Positions 1-11,988 of a DNA stretch of 64,000 bases are shown here, piece by piece. The DNA is from Octopus bimaculoides (lineage: Eukaryota). The notes beneath the pieces are model-generated. The model did not search any database and was not told the origin of the DNA. It worked only from the letters and a program-made list of their open reading frames with translations. The stretch covers positions 26,874,678 to 26,938,677 of the forward strand of contig NC_068990.1 in the NCBI RefSeq assembly GCF_001194135.2. The letters run 5' to 3'. The first letter of the stretch is position 1. Each line of letters starts with the position of its first letter. A program made the position numbers and the translations under genes.

Positions 1-230
1 AAGGATACAATTAAATCCGGCAAATCACCACAACCCCTGGTCCCTTGTAATTTCCTCAGTGAGGCCCAACATCTGAAGATCCTTTCTCATCACTTTGTCC
101 CACGTTTTCCTGTGTCTACCCCTTCCACAGGTTCCCTCCATAATTAGAGCACAGTACTTCTTTATGAAACTGTCCTCATTCATACACATCACAGAACCAA
201 ACCAGCGTAGTCTTCTGTTTTGCACACAAC
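1..230 (-). mobile_element. RTE-clade LINE 3' coding remnant
   Basis: ORF 25-225(-) RRLRWFGSV..M....GTCGRGRHRKTW..VMRKDL..LGL..D..LW matches the typical post-RT C-terminus of RTE elements; cut by the window edge. Confidence 0.8.
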
Positions 231-316
231 ATCTGATGCCTCTTATGACCAGTTTTCCTCTTAAATCACTTCATCACTCATCACTCAAATCACTTCATCA
301 CTCAAATCGTATTAAA

Positions 317-532
317 GTGGTGAGTTAGCAGAATTGTTCGCAGCATGCCAGGCAAAATGCTTAGTGGCATTTTGTCCGTCTTTACATTCTGAGTTCAAAT
401 TCCACTGAGGTTCACTTTGTCTTCCATCCTTTCAGGGGTTGATAAAATAAGTACCCATTGAGCATGAGGTCAATGTAATGAAATAAGTTACCTCCCCAAA
501 ATTTCTGGCCTTGTGCTAAAATTTGAAATCAA
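317..532 (+). mobile_element. tRNA-derived SINE, family A
   Basis: B-box-like GAGTTCAAATTCC followed by the family core CTTTCATCCTTTCGGGGTCGATAAA.TAAGTACC; about 10 copies in the window. Confidence 0.8.
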
Positions 533-879
533 TATAAACATGGTATGCCATGGAGCTCCATCAAGTTTTGAAACAATGCAAAATGACAGAGAACCAGGAC
601 AGGGAATGATATGAAACAGCTAACAGCACAATAGTGTAGACTTCTGGAATGCATTTGCCTCCATTGGATGAATGCTTGATAACATTCTCAACAAACGGGC
701 CCAAAATGAAGTGTTTAGATTGCCAAAGAGAGGACTAATAGTTCATACACAAGACCCTGTAGTGGTTGTGTTAAAGAAAGTACTGACAAACCACAACTAC
801 AACTGTTTATTATTCCATGTAAAAATGTCAATCATCATAATATAAGGAATTGTACATTCCTATGGACTCAACTCCCAAA

Positions 880-1090
880 GGGAAGAAACGTTTTGCTAAC
901 AATCTTTTCTCATGTAATAACCAGAATTTGGAACAAATGTAATGGAACTGCTACCTTGACCCCCTCACCTGGTTAATATTGCACCAGTTGAGGTGCAATA
1001 TTAATATTCAGAGGTTCAGACTATTGACTGAGTGTATAGATAAATCTTACCACTCACACAAAATGGTGGCCTCTCAGAATGATATTGTTT
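880..1090 (+). pseudogene. Possible heavily decayed mariner C-terminal fragment
   Basis: ELLP*PPHLVNIAP loosely resembles the mariner motif WEVLPHPPYSPDLAP; weak. Confidence 0.25.
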
Positions 1091-1264
1091 CTCAGTATGC
1101 AAATGATGACTGTCTCATTTCACTATATATTCTCAACTATTGTGCCACCCTCAAATCAATCATGACCACCCTCCTCCATTTTGCCAAACTTATCATCCTA
1201 CACAAGATCACCTCCTCCAATGCCTTCTCCCTTCTTGAAAGTTTATTTCTTGCAAGTACTTGGT

Positions 1265-1572
1265 GACCCTGTCAGTGCAGGTGCCACTTAAAAGCACCCG
1301 GTCCACACTGTAAAGTGGTTTGTGTTTGGAAGGGTATCCAGCTATAAAAACCTTGCCAAAATTGACCTCACCTGTGCTTGTGACACGTAAAAAACACTAA
1401 GTCCACTCTGCTGAGTGGTTAGTGTTAGGAAGGGCATCCAGCTGTACAAATCCTGCCAAAACACTCACAGAAGTCTGGTGCAGGCTTCAGCCTAGCTGGT
1501 TGTTGTGAAACTGTTCCCCCCATGCTAGCATGGAAGGCAGATGTTAAACGATGATGATGACGATGATGATGA
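1265..1572 (+). mobile_element. RTE-related non-autonomous element, family R, with duplicated 5' module
   Basis: GTGGTT.G.GTTAGGAAGGGCATCCAGC module (twice) and tail GCATGGAAGGCAGATGTTAAAC(GAT)n. Confidence 0.75.
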
Positions 1573-2886
1573 TGTCTCCACTCAAAACTTCGACTTGCAA
1601 GTCTCCGAGATAGCTAAGAAAGTCAGAATGTGCTCCACCTACACCAAACTGTGTGTTGGTTATACTGAGATTACCCAGATATTCTCACAGTTTACTAACC
1701 TTGGATCAGAGATAAACAGTCACTATATTAAATTATGTATCAGCACCAGCTTCCTCACCTGTGAACAACACAAAACATTTTTAAAATTCATTTCCTTTAG
1801 TTCTGACACACAATTTCATTTCCCAACATCTCCATCATCTTATATGTAACCTCTTTCACTTCAACACTAGCGCCATCTATGAAACCTATCAAATCTCACT
1901 GCTACCCCACTCATCCCAAACACTCCACCTCCTACACTCACTTGCTTTACATCTGTCATCTCCCTCTGGTCACGATGGTGATTCTGAGACTGAATTCCAT
2001 CTTAGTACATATCCCAGCATTCAACTCAAACTGGATACACCTTTCCAATTCCAGATGCATCCCCACCTTTACATGACCACACCACCCACCTTCATGACCA
2101 CACCACCCACAGGGCCAGCTTTCCATCCCCTCTTGCCCTGCAGCCCTTTCTGTCTTTCTAACATACTTTACTAGATGCATTCTGAATCCCTCAGTCTGAC
2201 TCCACAACTTTCCACAATTTCCCTATCCCACCTTCCCCTCTTTCAAATGTTCCTTTAATCTGCATGACCTACTCACCCATTCTTCCCTCCCAACTCCCTG
2301 CGCCCAATATTTCCTCCACTTTTTCCCTTGTACGTTTTAAACCCCATTGCTTTCCTATCACTTCCAGTCATTTCCAATTTAACCCGACACACACCAACAC
2401 ACATATTTCTCCGTTGATTGTGTTCTATCTCTCTACTTTCAAATTTTCTAAGGAAGAACAATAAGATATTCTTCTCCTCCTCCTCCTCCATCATTATCTT
2501 CTTCTTACTCCTCCTCCTCTTCCTCCTTTTCTTCTTCTTCTTCCTCTCCTCTCTCTTTCTTTACCTTGTTATCCCTTCCTTCCAACTATAAATATTTGTT
2601 CCACTGAGGCTAATGTTGTTACTCTTAGAATTATTATTCATTGACTTATGTTGTTGTTGATGTTGTTATTAATATTGTTGTTGTTGTCATTATTATTTAT
2701 GCTAGTTGTCATGCTCTGTTGTTGATTCATTCCAAAATATTCCTTTTTAGGAAATAAAATGTTTAAGAATTAAGGGATCTAATAACGTATAATTAGTTAC
2801 CAGAAGGAAATTCCAGAAAACAAAATGGGTATTTTGGTTCTATATGTGCATAACTAACTACACACACACACACGTGCGCGTGTGTT

Positions 2887-2923
<37 letters not shown>

Positions 2924-2953
2924 TTTATTTAAAAGCAGCAGAAATATAACAAA

Positions 2954-2999
2954 AAAACCGTTACTCTGAGTTTCACGTTCCCGTTCATCGGACAGTTTT
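2954..2999 (-). ncRNA. Type I hammerhead-like motif (U4C core variant)
   Basis: Minus strand: AAAACTGT-CCGATGA-ACG GGAA CGT-GAAA-CTCAGAG-TA-ACGGTTTT; 8-bp stem I, 3-bp stem II with GNRA loop, near-palindromic stem III. Confidence 0.7.
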
Positions 3000-3181
3000 G
3001 TGCTTCCTCCGGTATATATATATATATATATATATATAAACACACATTTGTAAACAGAAATTAGTGTATAGATATTTATATGCATGCATGTTCATATGTG
3101 CATACATATGTATATATATGTATATATACATATATATATATATGCATACATACATACATATATGCATACATACATATATGC

Positions 3182-3234
<53 letters not shown>

Positions 3235-3639
3235 NNNNNNNNNNNNNNNNNNNNNNNNNNNNNNNNNNNNNNNNNNNNNNNNNNNNNNNNNNNNNNNNNN
3301 NNNNNNNNNNNNNNNNNNNNNNNNNNNNNNNNNNNNNNNNNNNNNNNNNNNNNNNNNNNNNNNNNNNNNNNNNNNNNNNNNNNNNNNNNNNNNNNNNNNN
3401 NNNNNNNNNNNNNNNNNNNNNNNNNNNNNNNNNNNNNNNNNNNNNNNNNNNNNNNNNNNNNNNNNNNNNNNNNNNNNNNNNNNNNNNNNNNNNNNNNNNN
3501 NNNNNNNNNNNNNNNATATATACATACGTGTGTGTGTGTGTAAAATTGTTATTTGCACCATGTACTGCAGTACAGCATAGTCTGAAGTGATTATTTGGAT
3601 AGTAATTCTTAATATGTCCCAGATAGGTTAAGACAGAGC

Positions 3640-3842
3640 AAACAGAACTAATAGCCTGCCAGGCAAAATGCTAAGCGATGTTTCATCCGTCTACGTTCTG
3701 AGTTCAAATTCCGTTTAGTTCTAGTTGCCTTTCATCCTTTTGGGGTTGATAAAACAAATACCGCTGGAACACTTGGGTTGATGTAATTGACTTGTCGCCT
3801 TCCCCCGATATTGTTGGTCTTGTGCTAAAATTTGAGACCGAT
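3640..3842 (+). mobile_element. SINE family A
   Basis: B box and family core present. Confidence 0.75.
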
Positions 3843-3896
3843 ATGTCCAGATAGGTACAGATGCAAAGTATATTTGTTTGTGTAGTGTACATCATG

Positions 3897-3930
<34 letters not shown>

Positions 3931-3935
3931 ATATA

Positions 3936-4956
3936 TAGAGACGAACCACTACTCAGTCGACGAAGAACCCGTCCAAAACCATGTTGTGAGGCATATATCA
4001 TATAGATACTAATCTAAAATTTTAATAATTTTAATAATATATAATATATCGTACATAGAAACATTCATCATAAAAATATTAATCTAAAAATCAAATAAAG
4101 CATAAATTGGACAGTAAAAATTAATACAATAATATAATGTATAAAAGTATAAAGTATAAAAGTCAGTACTTGTACATAGACTACGCGTGTTTCATGGCTG
4201 AATTAAGACTATATAAAATCATAGAACGGGAAAATGAGGTCAAATTCCTATATAAAAATTTTTTTAAATACCTAAAAGCATTATAAGGAATAAGAATAAA
4301 CATAAGAAATAAAATAAATAATATATAAAAAGAGACCAAACTTGTAAGGGAATCCCTAAGTTAACGGCATTATTATTATTATTAAATGTTACAAGCTAAA
4401 AATATTGAAATAGAGTATTATAGTGAACAAGGTTAAATCATTATAGAAGAAGTAAATAAATGTAAAAAACGTGTTAGTGTATAAGGTTAATAAAAAAACG
4501 TAAGTCAATATTGTTTAGAATAAATTTAAAAAAAAAACATGACTTATCTGTCGGCAGGTTACTGAAGATTAAACTGAAGTCAGTGTACTTTAGCATTTAT
4601 ACTGAAAAGTTACGTGACAAATATGGCGTCCATTACCCAGAGATAAATACGTATTATATTTACTATAATAATAACGAAATTACCGAAAGATTTTCTCTCG
4701 TTTTATAATTATTATTTTGTGTAGATTTGAAGGTTTTAAGTATTTTAAATCTTCAATAAACGATATACTTTAGGTAGATCTTCTTATTTGCTAATTTAAT
4801 ATTTTTATGATGAATGTTTCTATGTATGATATATTATATATTATCAAAATTATGAATTAAAATCTTAGATCAGTATTTATATGGTATATATGTCTTTTAG
4901 CATGGTTTTGGACGGGTTTTTTGTTGACTGAATTGTAGAGTGGTGGTTCGTTTCTA
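3936..4956. mobile_element. About 1-kb foldback element with about 150-bp imperfect terminal inverted repeats
   Basis: 3936-4083 is the reverse complement of about 4796-4956 (GACGAACCAC...CCCGTCCAAAACCATG...CATAGAAACATTCATCATAAAAATATTAA); TA at both ends. Confidence 0.75.
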
Positions 4957-5188
4957 AATTAGTTACACACACACACACACACATATATATATATTATATA
5001 TTACGAAATTCTGTCTAATATTATACTGAATTTTTACCTGTAAGGTTGGAATAACTTTTTATTCCCTAATATTATTACTATATATATATNNNNNNNNNNT
5101 AGAAACTCCAAGTTTATATTAAATATTTTGTATAATATATATAAATAAATAAATAGGGTTAAACACAGGTGTTATTCAAATTCTTTTA

Positions 5189-5273
5189 CTTCCGACACGT
5201 TTCGAAGATATCATTGATATTATTCCAAAGGAATAAAATGGTGTAAAACAATGAAGTCTTCTCTCCAGGGAAA
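5189..5273 (-). ncRNA. Hammerhead-like motif in the Penelope 3' terminal region (A6G substitution)
   Basis: TTCC-CTGGAGA-GAAGA..long stem II..TCTTC-GAAA-CGTG-TC-GGAA; stem I TTCC/GGAA. Confidence 0.65.
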
Positions 5274-5867
5274 TGAAGAAATGAAACTCGTCAATAAGAC
5301 ATTTTAACAGAAAATGATGGATGGATATGTATAGTGATTAACTGAACGCTAATAAGTTTGTTTCGAAAAAAACGTTAGATGATATAACGTTAAAGGTAGC
5401 CTATAGAGAGAGGAGGGGTAAAAGAAAGAAGAAACCAAATAAATGAGAAGTATATAACTATGTGTATATTAAATAAAAACCATATAGTCTTGGAAAAATA
5501 TATATCTAGTGAATGTGAAATGTAAGAAGAAATTTAATGTTTAAATTATATATAATGATAGATATCATTCATATGAACTAAAGGTGTGTTTCTGCCAATG
5601 TTTACATCGGTATTCATGCTCTATAACCGTGTTTACAAAGGAATTTTTAGAAAAAAAAGAATAAAAAATAGTTCAGAATTACAGAGAAGACAGAATTCCT
5701 TGCCTTTGTCATAAGGGATTGAAATTGAGAGAATCAACCAATCTAAATTAAATTGTTTATTGTGGTCTTTTAGATATCAAATTAATTAACTAAGCCCTGT
5801 ACTGTTACATTTATTCATATCCCTAAATGTAGAGTAATGATAAGAAATTCTTCAAGATAATTCTACA

Positions 5868-6290
5868 AGGCGTAGGAGTGGCTGTGTGGTGATTGGCTTG
5901 CTTACGAACCACATGGTTCCCGGTTCAGTCCCACTTCGTGGCAACTTGGGCAAGTGTCTTCTACTTTAGCCTCGGGCCGACCAAAGACTTGTGAGTGGAT
6001 TTGGTGGACGGAAACTGAAAGAAGCCCGTCGTATATATGTGTATATATATATATGTGTGTATGTGTGTGTGCGTATATGTTTGTGTGCTTGTGTTTGTCT
6101 CCCATCATCACTTGACAACCGATGATGCTGTGTTTACGTCCCCGTAACTTAGCGGTTCGGCAGAGGAGACCGATAAAATAAGTACAGGGATTGCAAAGAA
6201 TAAGTCCTGGGGTCGATTTGCTCGACTAAAGGCAGTGCTCCAGCGTGGCCACAGTCAAATGACTGAAACAAGTAAAAGAGTAAAAGATTA
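5868..6290 (+). mobile_element. Composite SINE family B (tRNA/CORE-like B1 + microsatellite + B2 module)
   Basis: GGAGTGGCTGTGTGG A-box-like, GGTTCAGTCCC B-box-like, CTTGGGCAAGTG CORE-like segment, (TA)(TG)n linker, B2 ending in (GTAAAAGA)n; possibly related to the octopus OR-type CORE-SINEs (not verified). Confidence 0.85.
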
Positions 6291-7667
6291 AAGAGACAGA
6301 GTATAACTGAGAAGATGTACTTCCAATATAAAAAAATACTTCATTACCAGAAGTAATTTTACACTGGTATACAGAATTTTTAATTGTAGAGTTACTTGAC
6401 GTAAACTTGATTCTGTTGTTATTGACTTCAGATACAATAACCTTGTTATTAATATTTCTAGTGAGATGGGTGGTATTAGCCAAATTAATGTTAGTACTAG
6501 TAAATGCATCAATATTTAATAGTTTAATATTATGTGAAGAGATAATTGGTAAGAGATTTTTTGTGTTAGAAAAACCAATCTTAACCGTGTGTGAGTTGAT
6601 AATAGAGTAATACCGAGAATTCTTTGGAAAATTCCTAATAATAGCATCACGAAACTGCAAAGGTAGATTAGATTTACTTTGCCTCCCATAAGGAATAATT
6701 AACCAAATTGTTTTACTATTAGTTACCTTATTTTTAGTGTAACTATCTTTGAAAAACATAGATTTACCTTTAGAACAAAAATAGGGGATTAAATAAGAGT
6801 TATCTCCCTTCCTCTGTTTGGTGTTGGCGTATAAATTAAAATTGATATCGTTTACATCCTTACAACTAGATTTCGTATCTCCATTAGTAAAGGTAGAATA
6901 AGATTGAATGGAATTAATGTAGGTAACTTTCTCTGTATAACCTGCTTTAAGTTATGCAGAGTTATAAAATTCGGCCTTATCTCTGAAAATGTCAACATTA
7001 ATCAGATAACTCTAAATGAAATATTCTTAACGAAGTTCTTAGTTATTGCCCTAGAATGATTACTGAATTTGCCAATATACTTTAAGATTGGTCAATGGTT
7101 TATGGTATGGAAAGTACGAGTTATTGTGTAAGTTAAGTGTAATATCTAAAAAGTTGGCCTTCGTTACGTCATAATCATAGACGATGCCTAAGTCCATTCT
7201 ACGGAAAAAATTAACTAAACTATTCTTAACTTTTTGTACTTTTTGGTCGGAAACATTTTGAAGGAAAAGTAAACAATCATCACGAAATAGACCTCCATTT
7301 ATGTTTAGGAACTGTTCTGCCATTTCAAAAAGTATATATACACAGACTAAATCAGCTACTTGTGCTGAATCCGAACTTCCCATCGTAACATCAAAACCAT
7401 CTTGTGTGTCTTTACGGACCCATAACTTATTGTCAAATTTCATGATAGATTTTCTTGCGACCAACACAACATTAATTTCTTCCCTGGTGAGACCAGCTTA
7501 GTTATGAGCAAGCCAAAGTGCCTTATTAAGTATTATTGGGTTGGTGGAGGAATAAAAACTAGAAATGTCAAACTGGATAAACTTAGTGCTCCTCTTACTA
7601 TTAAAAGAACTAAACCAGTGTTGGGATGACAAACACAGACACACAAACACACGCATATCTACATACA

Positions 7668-7701
<34 letters not shown>

Positions 7702-7721
7702 CATTTTTATATATATATATA

Positions 7722-8785
7722 TATTGGGTTGGCAACTAAGTTCCTGTCATTTTTTTAAATTTTGGAATCTATTTTTTCGAGGATTTTGTTTTTGAATCAT
7801 TTTGGAATCTTTTTTTTTCTAGTTAATTTTAGTTAATTTTTGTTTATTTTCAGATCATTGAAATGGAATGTCAAGTTAAGAAAAACGAGCATTTTTGACA
7901 CCTCCTTTTTGCTTTTAATCAAGGTTCTACGGCCGCAAAAGCTGCTCGTGACATTTGTACTGTATACGGAGAGGGTGCCATAGCTGAAAGAACTGCTCAT
8001 GATTGGTATGCCAAGTTCAAAAATGGAAATTTTGACCTCAAAGACGCACCTCATTCTGGCTACCCGGTTGAGTTCGACGAGGAGCGATTAAACCAACTTT
8101 TGCACGAAAACTCTCATCAAACGACAAGGTAACTGGCAGAGGAAATAGAATGCTCCCACACTGCTATACAGAAGCATCTTCACTCGATAGGAAAGGTTCA
8201 GAAGTGTGAAGCACGGGTTCCGCATGCTTTAAGTGACAAAAATCAATGAGCCACAATCTCCACTGGTTTGCTTGCTCGTCACCGCTCAACTCATGAACAC
8301 AAGCAACAATTTCTTTACCGAATCATTACTGGCGACGAAAAATAGTGTTTGTACATCAATATGAAGCAGTGTAAGGAATGGCTTAGCCCCAGTAAACAAG
8401 CGACACTGCACGTGAAACAAGATAATCATCCACGTAAAACGATGTTGTACATATGGTGGGACTGAGAAGGGATTATCTATTACGAATTACTTGAACGGAA
8501 CCAAATGGTCAACGCGGAACTTTATGTTCAACACGGCTATTCAAGAGAAAAGACCTAATTGGAAGCATGGAGTTCTTCTGCTGTATGACAACGCCCGCCC
8601 TCATATTGCCAATATGACCAAGGAAGCTATTCAAACGCACGGCTGGGAAGTGCTGCCACACCCGCCGTACTCTCCTAATTTGGCACCAACTGATTTCCAC
8701 CTCTTTCGATCTCTTCGATCTCAGTATTGAACGAAACAGTGTTTCGTTCAATACTGATGTAGAATTGAGAGCTTGGTTGGATCAA
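7722..8785 (+). mobile_element. Decayed mariner (DD34D-type) transposon, left TIR present, 3' truncated
   Basis: TA+TTGGGTTGGCAACTAAG end; MECQVKKNEH..FNQG..AAKAARDIC..YGEGAI (ATG 7863), RIITGDEK*, YDNARPH, PHPPYSPNLAPTDFHLFRSL; several stops. Confidence 0.92.
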
Positions 8786-8856
8786 GAGCCAGTCCAGGGG
8801 CACTAGCAACGATCTCGCTCGAAAATCCTACGAAGGCCAGTCAGGCGGTACTGGCG
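8786..8856 (-). mobile_element. Family R internal sub-repeat fragment
   Basis: GAGCCAGTC.....GGCCAGTCAGGCGGTACTGGC matches units at 52730-52830. Confidence 0.55.
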
Positions 8857-9073
8857 ACACATATATATATAGACATATATAACATATATATATATATATA
8901 TATATATANNNNNNNNNNNNNNNNNNNNNNNNNNNNNNNNNNNNNNNNNNNNNNNNNNNNNNNNNNNNNNNNNNNNNNNNNNNNNNNNNNNNNNNNNNNN
9001 NNNNNNNNNNNNNNNNNNNNNNNNNNNNNNNNNNNNNNNNNNNNNNNNNNNNNNNNNNNNNNNNNNNNNNNNA

Positions 9074-9125
<52 letters not shown>

Positions 9126-9395
9126 AGAGAGAGAGAGAGAGAGTGAGAGAGACAGACAGAGAAAGAGAGAGAACATGTATAAATTGACAGATGAAGCCAG
9201 CAAATGGAGGAACTTCGAAGTCACAATTAACCAGTTACTTATAAAAAACAAACAAACAAACAAACATGCTAATTTCCTGCAGTGAGTGATCCTTCAATTA
9301 CTCTTTTACTGCTTTCACATTAATTTTTCCTTATAAATAGACATTAAACCAATATACACACCTCCATACACACACACACACGCATACGCATATTC

Positions 9396-9427
<32 letters not shown>

Positions 9428-9959
9428 ACCCACACACACACACATGTACTTATATGTATACGTATACATACAGACATATACACATATACACGTGTTGCAA
9501 TGTTAGAGAACAATAGGACCTCACTAATTATGAGTTCCACTGAAAGTTGTTGGACTCGTTAAATAAATCATATGAGTTCATTTGTATATGTTTTAGTTTG
9601 TTTTCTCTTTATGCTTTTGTTTTTGTTTAATTACTTTCAATATTTGCACAGGTTTTTCTTTTTTTTTTTTATTAATTTTTTATATTTTTAGTTTTAATTT
9701 CTGATTGCAGGATTGGCAGTAACAGGTAGCAACAGCAGCAACAACAACAACAACGACTTCAGAACTAGCATGGAAAAGAAGGAAAAGAAGGAAAAGAAAA
9801 GGGAAATGAAGTGAAATAAAATAAGAAATAATATAAAGAATGAAAGCAATAAAATGCAAAGACAGTATTAGCCATTGCTGTGTGAGCAACAATTATGAAG
9901 AAAAACAACAACAACAACAGCAATAATGCCGTACAAAGGAACAATGCTAAGAAGTAGAT

Positions 9960-10118
9960 CGGCTACATCATCACAACAACCTTAATCAAATAACAACAAC
10001 TGATAACGACAACAACAATAACAATTACAACACCAGCAGCAGCGGTAACAACAGCTGTAGCAGTAGCAGCAGCAGTAGCAGCATCTGTAGCAGCAGCAGT
10101 AGCAGCAGCAGTAGTAGG
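9960..10118. repeat. (CAA)n/(AGC/AGT)n trinucleotide tract
   Basis: Direct inspection. Confidence 0.85.
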
Positions 10119-10403
10119 TGGAGGAATAACTGGATCATGAATGGGGAGCCAATTAGGGTTTGGTCGTTAGATAACTTGGTCTGCTAGAAATAGCAGTTAT
10201 GGTCCCTCCTGTATAGCAGTCCGATGTTCTTGCGAATAAAGGGAGGGAGCACATTGGAGGATGTAGTCCCTGATACACTAGGCCTGGAAAAGGAAAAAGA
10301 GAAATAGGCGAAGGCTGTTTGGTTGCGGATGGATTAATTTGTTTTGGTCAAGGATGGCTTGGGGTGGGGGCAGCAGCAGCAGCAACAACAACACCAAGGG
10401 CGA

Positions 10404-10530
10404 TTTTGCCATTTGCCTTAAATCCTTCTGGGGTCGGTAAAATAAGCAGCCAGTGGAGCACTGGGGGTTGATATCATCGATTTAGCCCCTCCCCCCAAAT
10501 TGCTGGCCTTGTGCCAAAATTTGAGACCAA
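10404..10530 (+). mobile_element. SINE family A, 3' part
   Basis: Core ATCCTTCTGGGGTCGGTAAAATAAG and tail GGCCTTGTGCCAAAATTTGA. Confidence 0.65.
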
Positions 10531-10697
10531 TGTAGAATCGCATAGTTCATGCCTTACACACACACACACACACACGCATATACCGACACATATAAACACA
10601 CTGTTCTTGTATCGCTTTGAGTAGTCTTACCGCTACATTTTGAAAGTCCAATTGTCTATGATTTATTTGCGTTGTTGTTGCACATATTGTTGTAGCT

Positions 10698-10740
10698 CAT
10701 GATCATCATCACCATCATCTTTACAACCACCACCCTCGCC

Positions 10741-10788
<48 letters not shown>

Positions 10789-10812
10789 ACCATCACCGCC
10801 TCCACCTCCATC
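10698..10812. repeat. (CAT)/(CAC)/(GCC)n compound repeat with a CpG-rich GCC run
   Basis: About 55 bp of (GCC)n at 10737-10790. Confidence 0.9.
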
Positions 10813-11262
10813 ACTAGTGGCATTATTGTTATATTACCAGCCTTATGTTTGTTCAATATTTTTTTTTCCTTTTCTATTTGCCTTTGCAAACCAGAAATAA
10901 TCTCATTTAATACAAGCATCTTTACTTACTGCCAATGTTGTTGTTGTTGTTGTTACTGATTTTGTTTTTGAATAATTATTTTTGTTGTCGTTGTTGTTCT
11001 TGTAGCCAGTTATACTACTTTAAATTAGGCACTTTCATGTTGGTCGTTGAAATGTTTACAGCTATGTAAACAAATGCACTCAAATATGTGTATATAGAGA
11101 TATGCATGAATATATAGATATGTATGTATATGGGTGTTATCACAGATACACAGAAACACTCACTTATACAGATACATGTGTGTAGTCACTATGACACATA
11201 CACATAAATTTGCGTATATATATATATATACATATATATACATATATATATATATATATACA

Positions 11263-11836
11263 TAGGCATGCAGGAAGTAAATAGACACCTTTAATTTTCA
11301 AAATCTCTGATCTAAGCGTCTTAATATGTTTTCAGCAGTGTAGAATTTACAATGTAATTATTCTTTTTCATTCCAGGTGCCATTATATTAAGCATTTGTG
11401 AAGAGTAACCATGCCACGTACAAAAAATTCAGCAGAACTGTCAGATTTTCAAAGAGGTCGTACTGTTGGGCAATCTGACGCTGGACTTAGCCCGCGAAAA
11501 ATTGCCGAAGATCTTCAAATTCCTCTTGCTACTGCTAATAGAATTATAGTGCAATTCAAAAACCAAAGAAAAGGATCAACAGATTCTCGTCCCGGCCGAT
11601 TTGGGCCCTCGGAAAGGAAGTCTTGCTGTTTGAAGAGAATTGTGGAAAACAAACCCCGTTCGAAGACTTCTGACATTACAAAACAGCAAGAAGTTAGTCC
11701 AAGAACGTGTGTTACATATCTGCATAAGCTTGGGTATTATGGACAAGCAGCTAGAAGAAAACCTCTCCTTCAACCAATTAATATCTAATATAAAATTTTG
11801 AAAATTAAAGGTGTCTATTTACTTCCTGCATGTCCG
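11263..11836 (+). mobile_element. Internally deleted Tc1-like element with intact TIRs
   Basis: 38-bp perfect inverted repeat (11267-11304 / 11795-11832) inside a (TA)n tract, enclosing an N-terminal transposase ORF. Confidence 0.92.
11411..11788 (+). CDS. Tc1 transposase N-terminal DNA-binding region only (125 aa, no DDE domain)
   Basis: ELSDFQRG..VG...G.S.RKIA..L.IP..T..RII..FK and LHKLGYYG.AARRKPLL are Tc1 HTH motifs; frame is open from ATG to a stop just before the right TIR; expression unknown. Confidence 0.6.
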   Translation: MPRTKNSAELSDFQRGRTVGQSDAGLSPRKIAEDLQIPLATANRIIVQFKNQRKGSTDSRPGRFGPSERKSCCLKRIVENKPRSKTSDITKQQEVSPRTCVTYLHKLGYYGQAARRKPLLQPINI

Positions 11837-11988
11837 TATATATATGTATATATATATATATTTATATTGCAAATTCTAGAGGTAATACTTGATAATTGTA
11901 AGCACCTGTATATGCCAGATAGTGGCCGAGGTGAAAGAATATATTAAAAACGTAAAGTTAAAAATTCAAACAGAACACAAAGGATTCC

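Larger units (their letters stand above)
5100..7617 (-). mobile_element. 5'-truncated Penelope-like element (RT + C-terminal GIY-YIG), decayed and interrupted by a SINE
   Basis: FIQFDISSFY, FDVTMGSSDSAQVADL, GLFRDD and NFLDITLNL (RT); TIWLIIPY and VKIGFS..N..IISSHN linker; VYQCKI..FYIGST, and after the SINE YH.STFR..STGLS..LK..W.IL..PY..CLLCNSE (GIY-YIG); 3' terminal region carries a hammerhead; several stops and frameshifts. Confidence 0.9.

Noticed and set aside
1575-2260. C-rich stretch as a decayed retroelement ORF
   Set aside because: No diagnostic RT or endonuclease motif could be read in any frame
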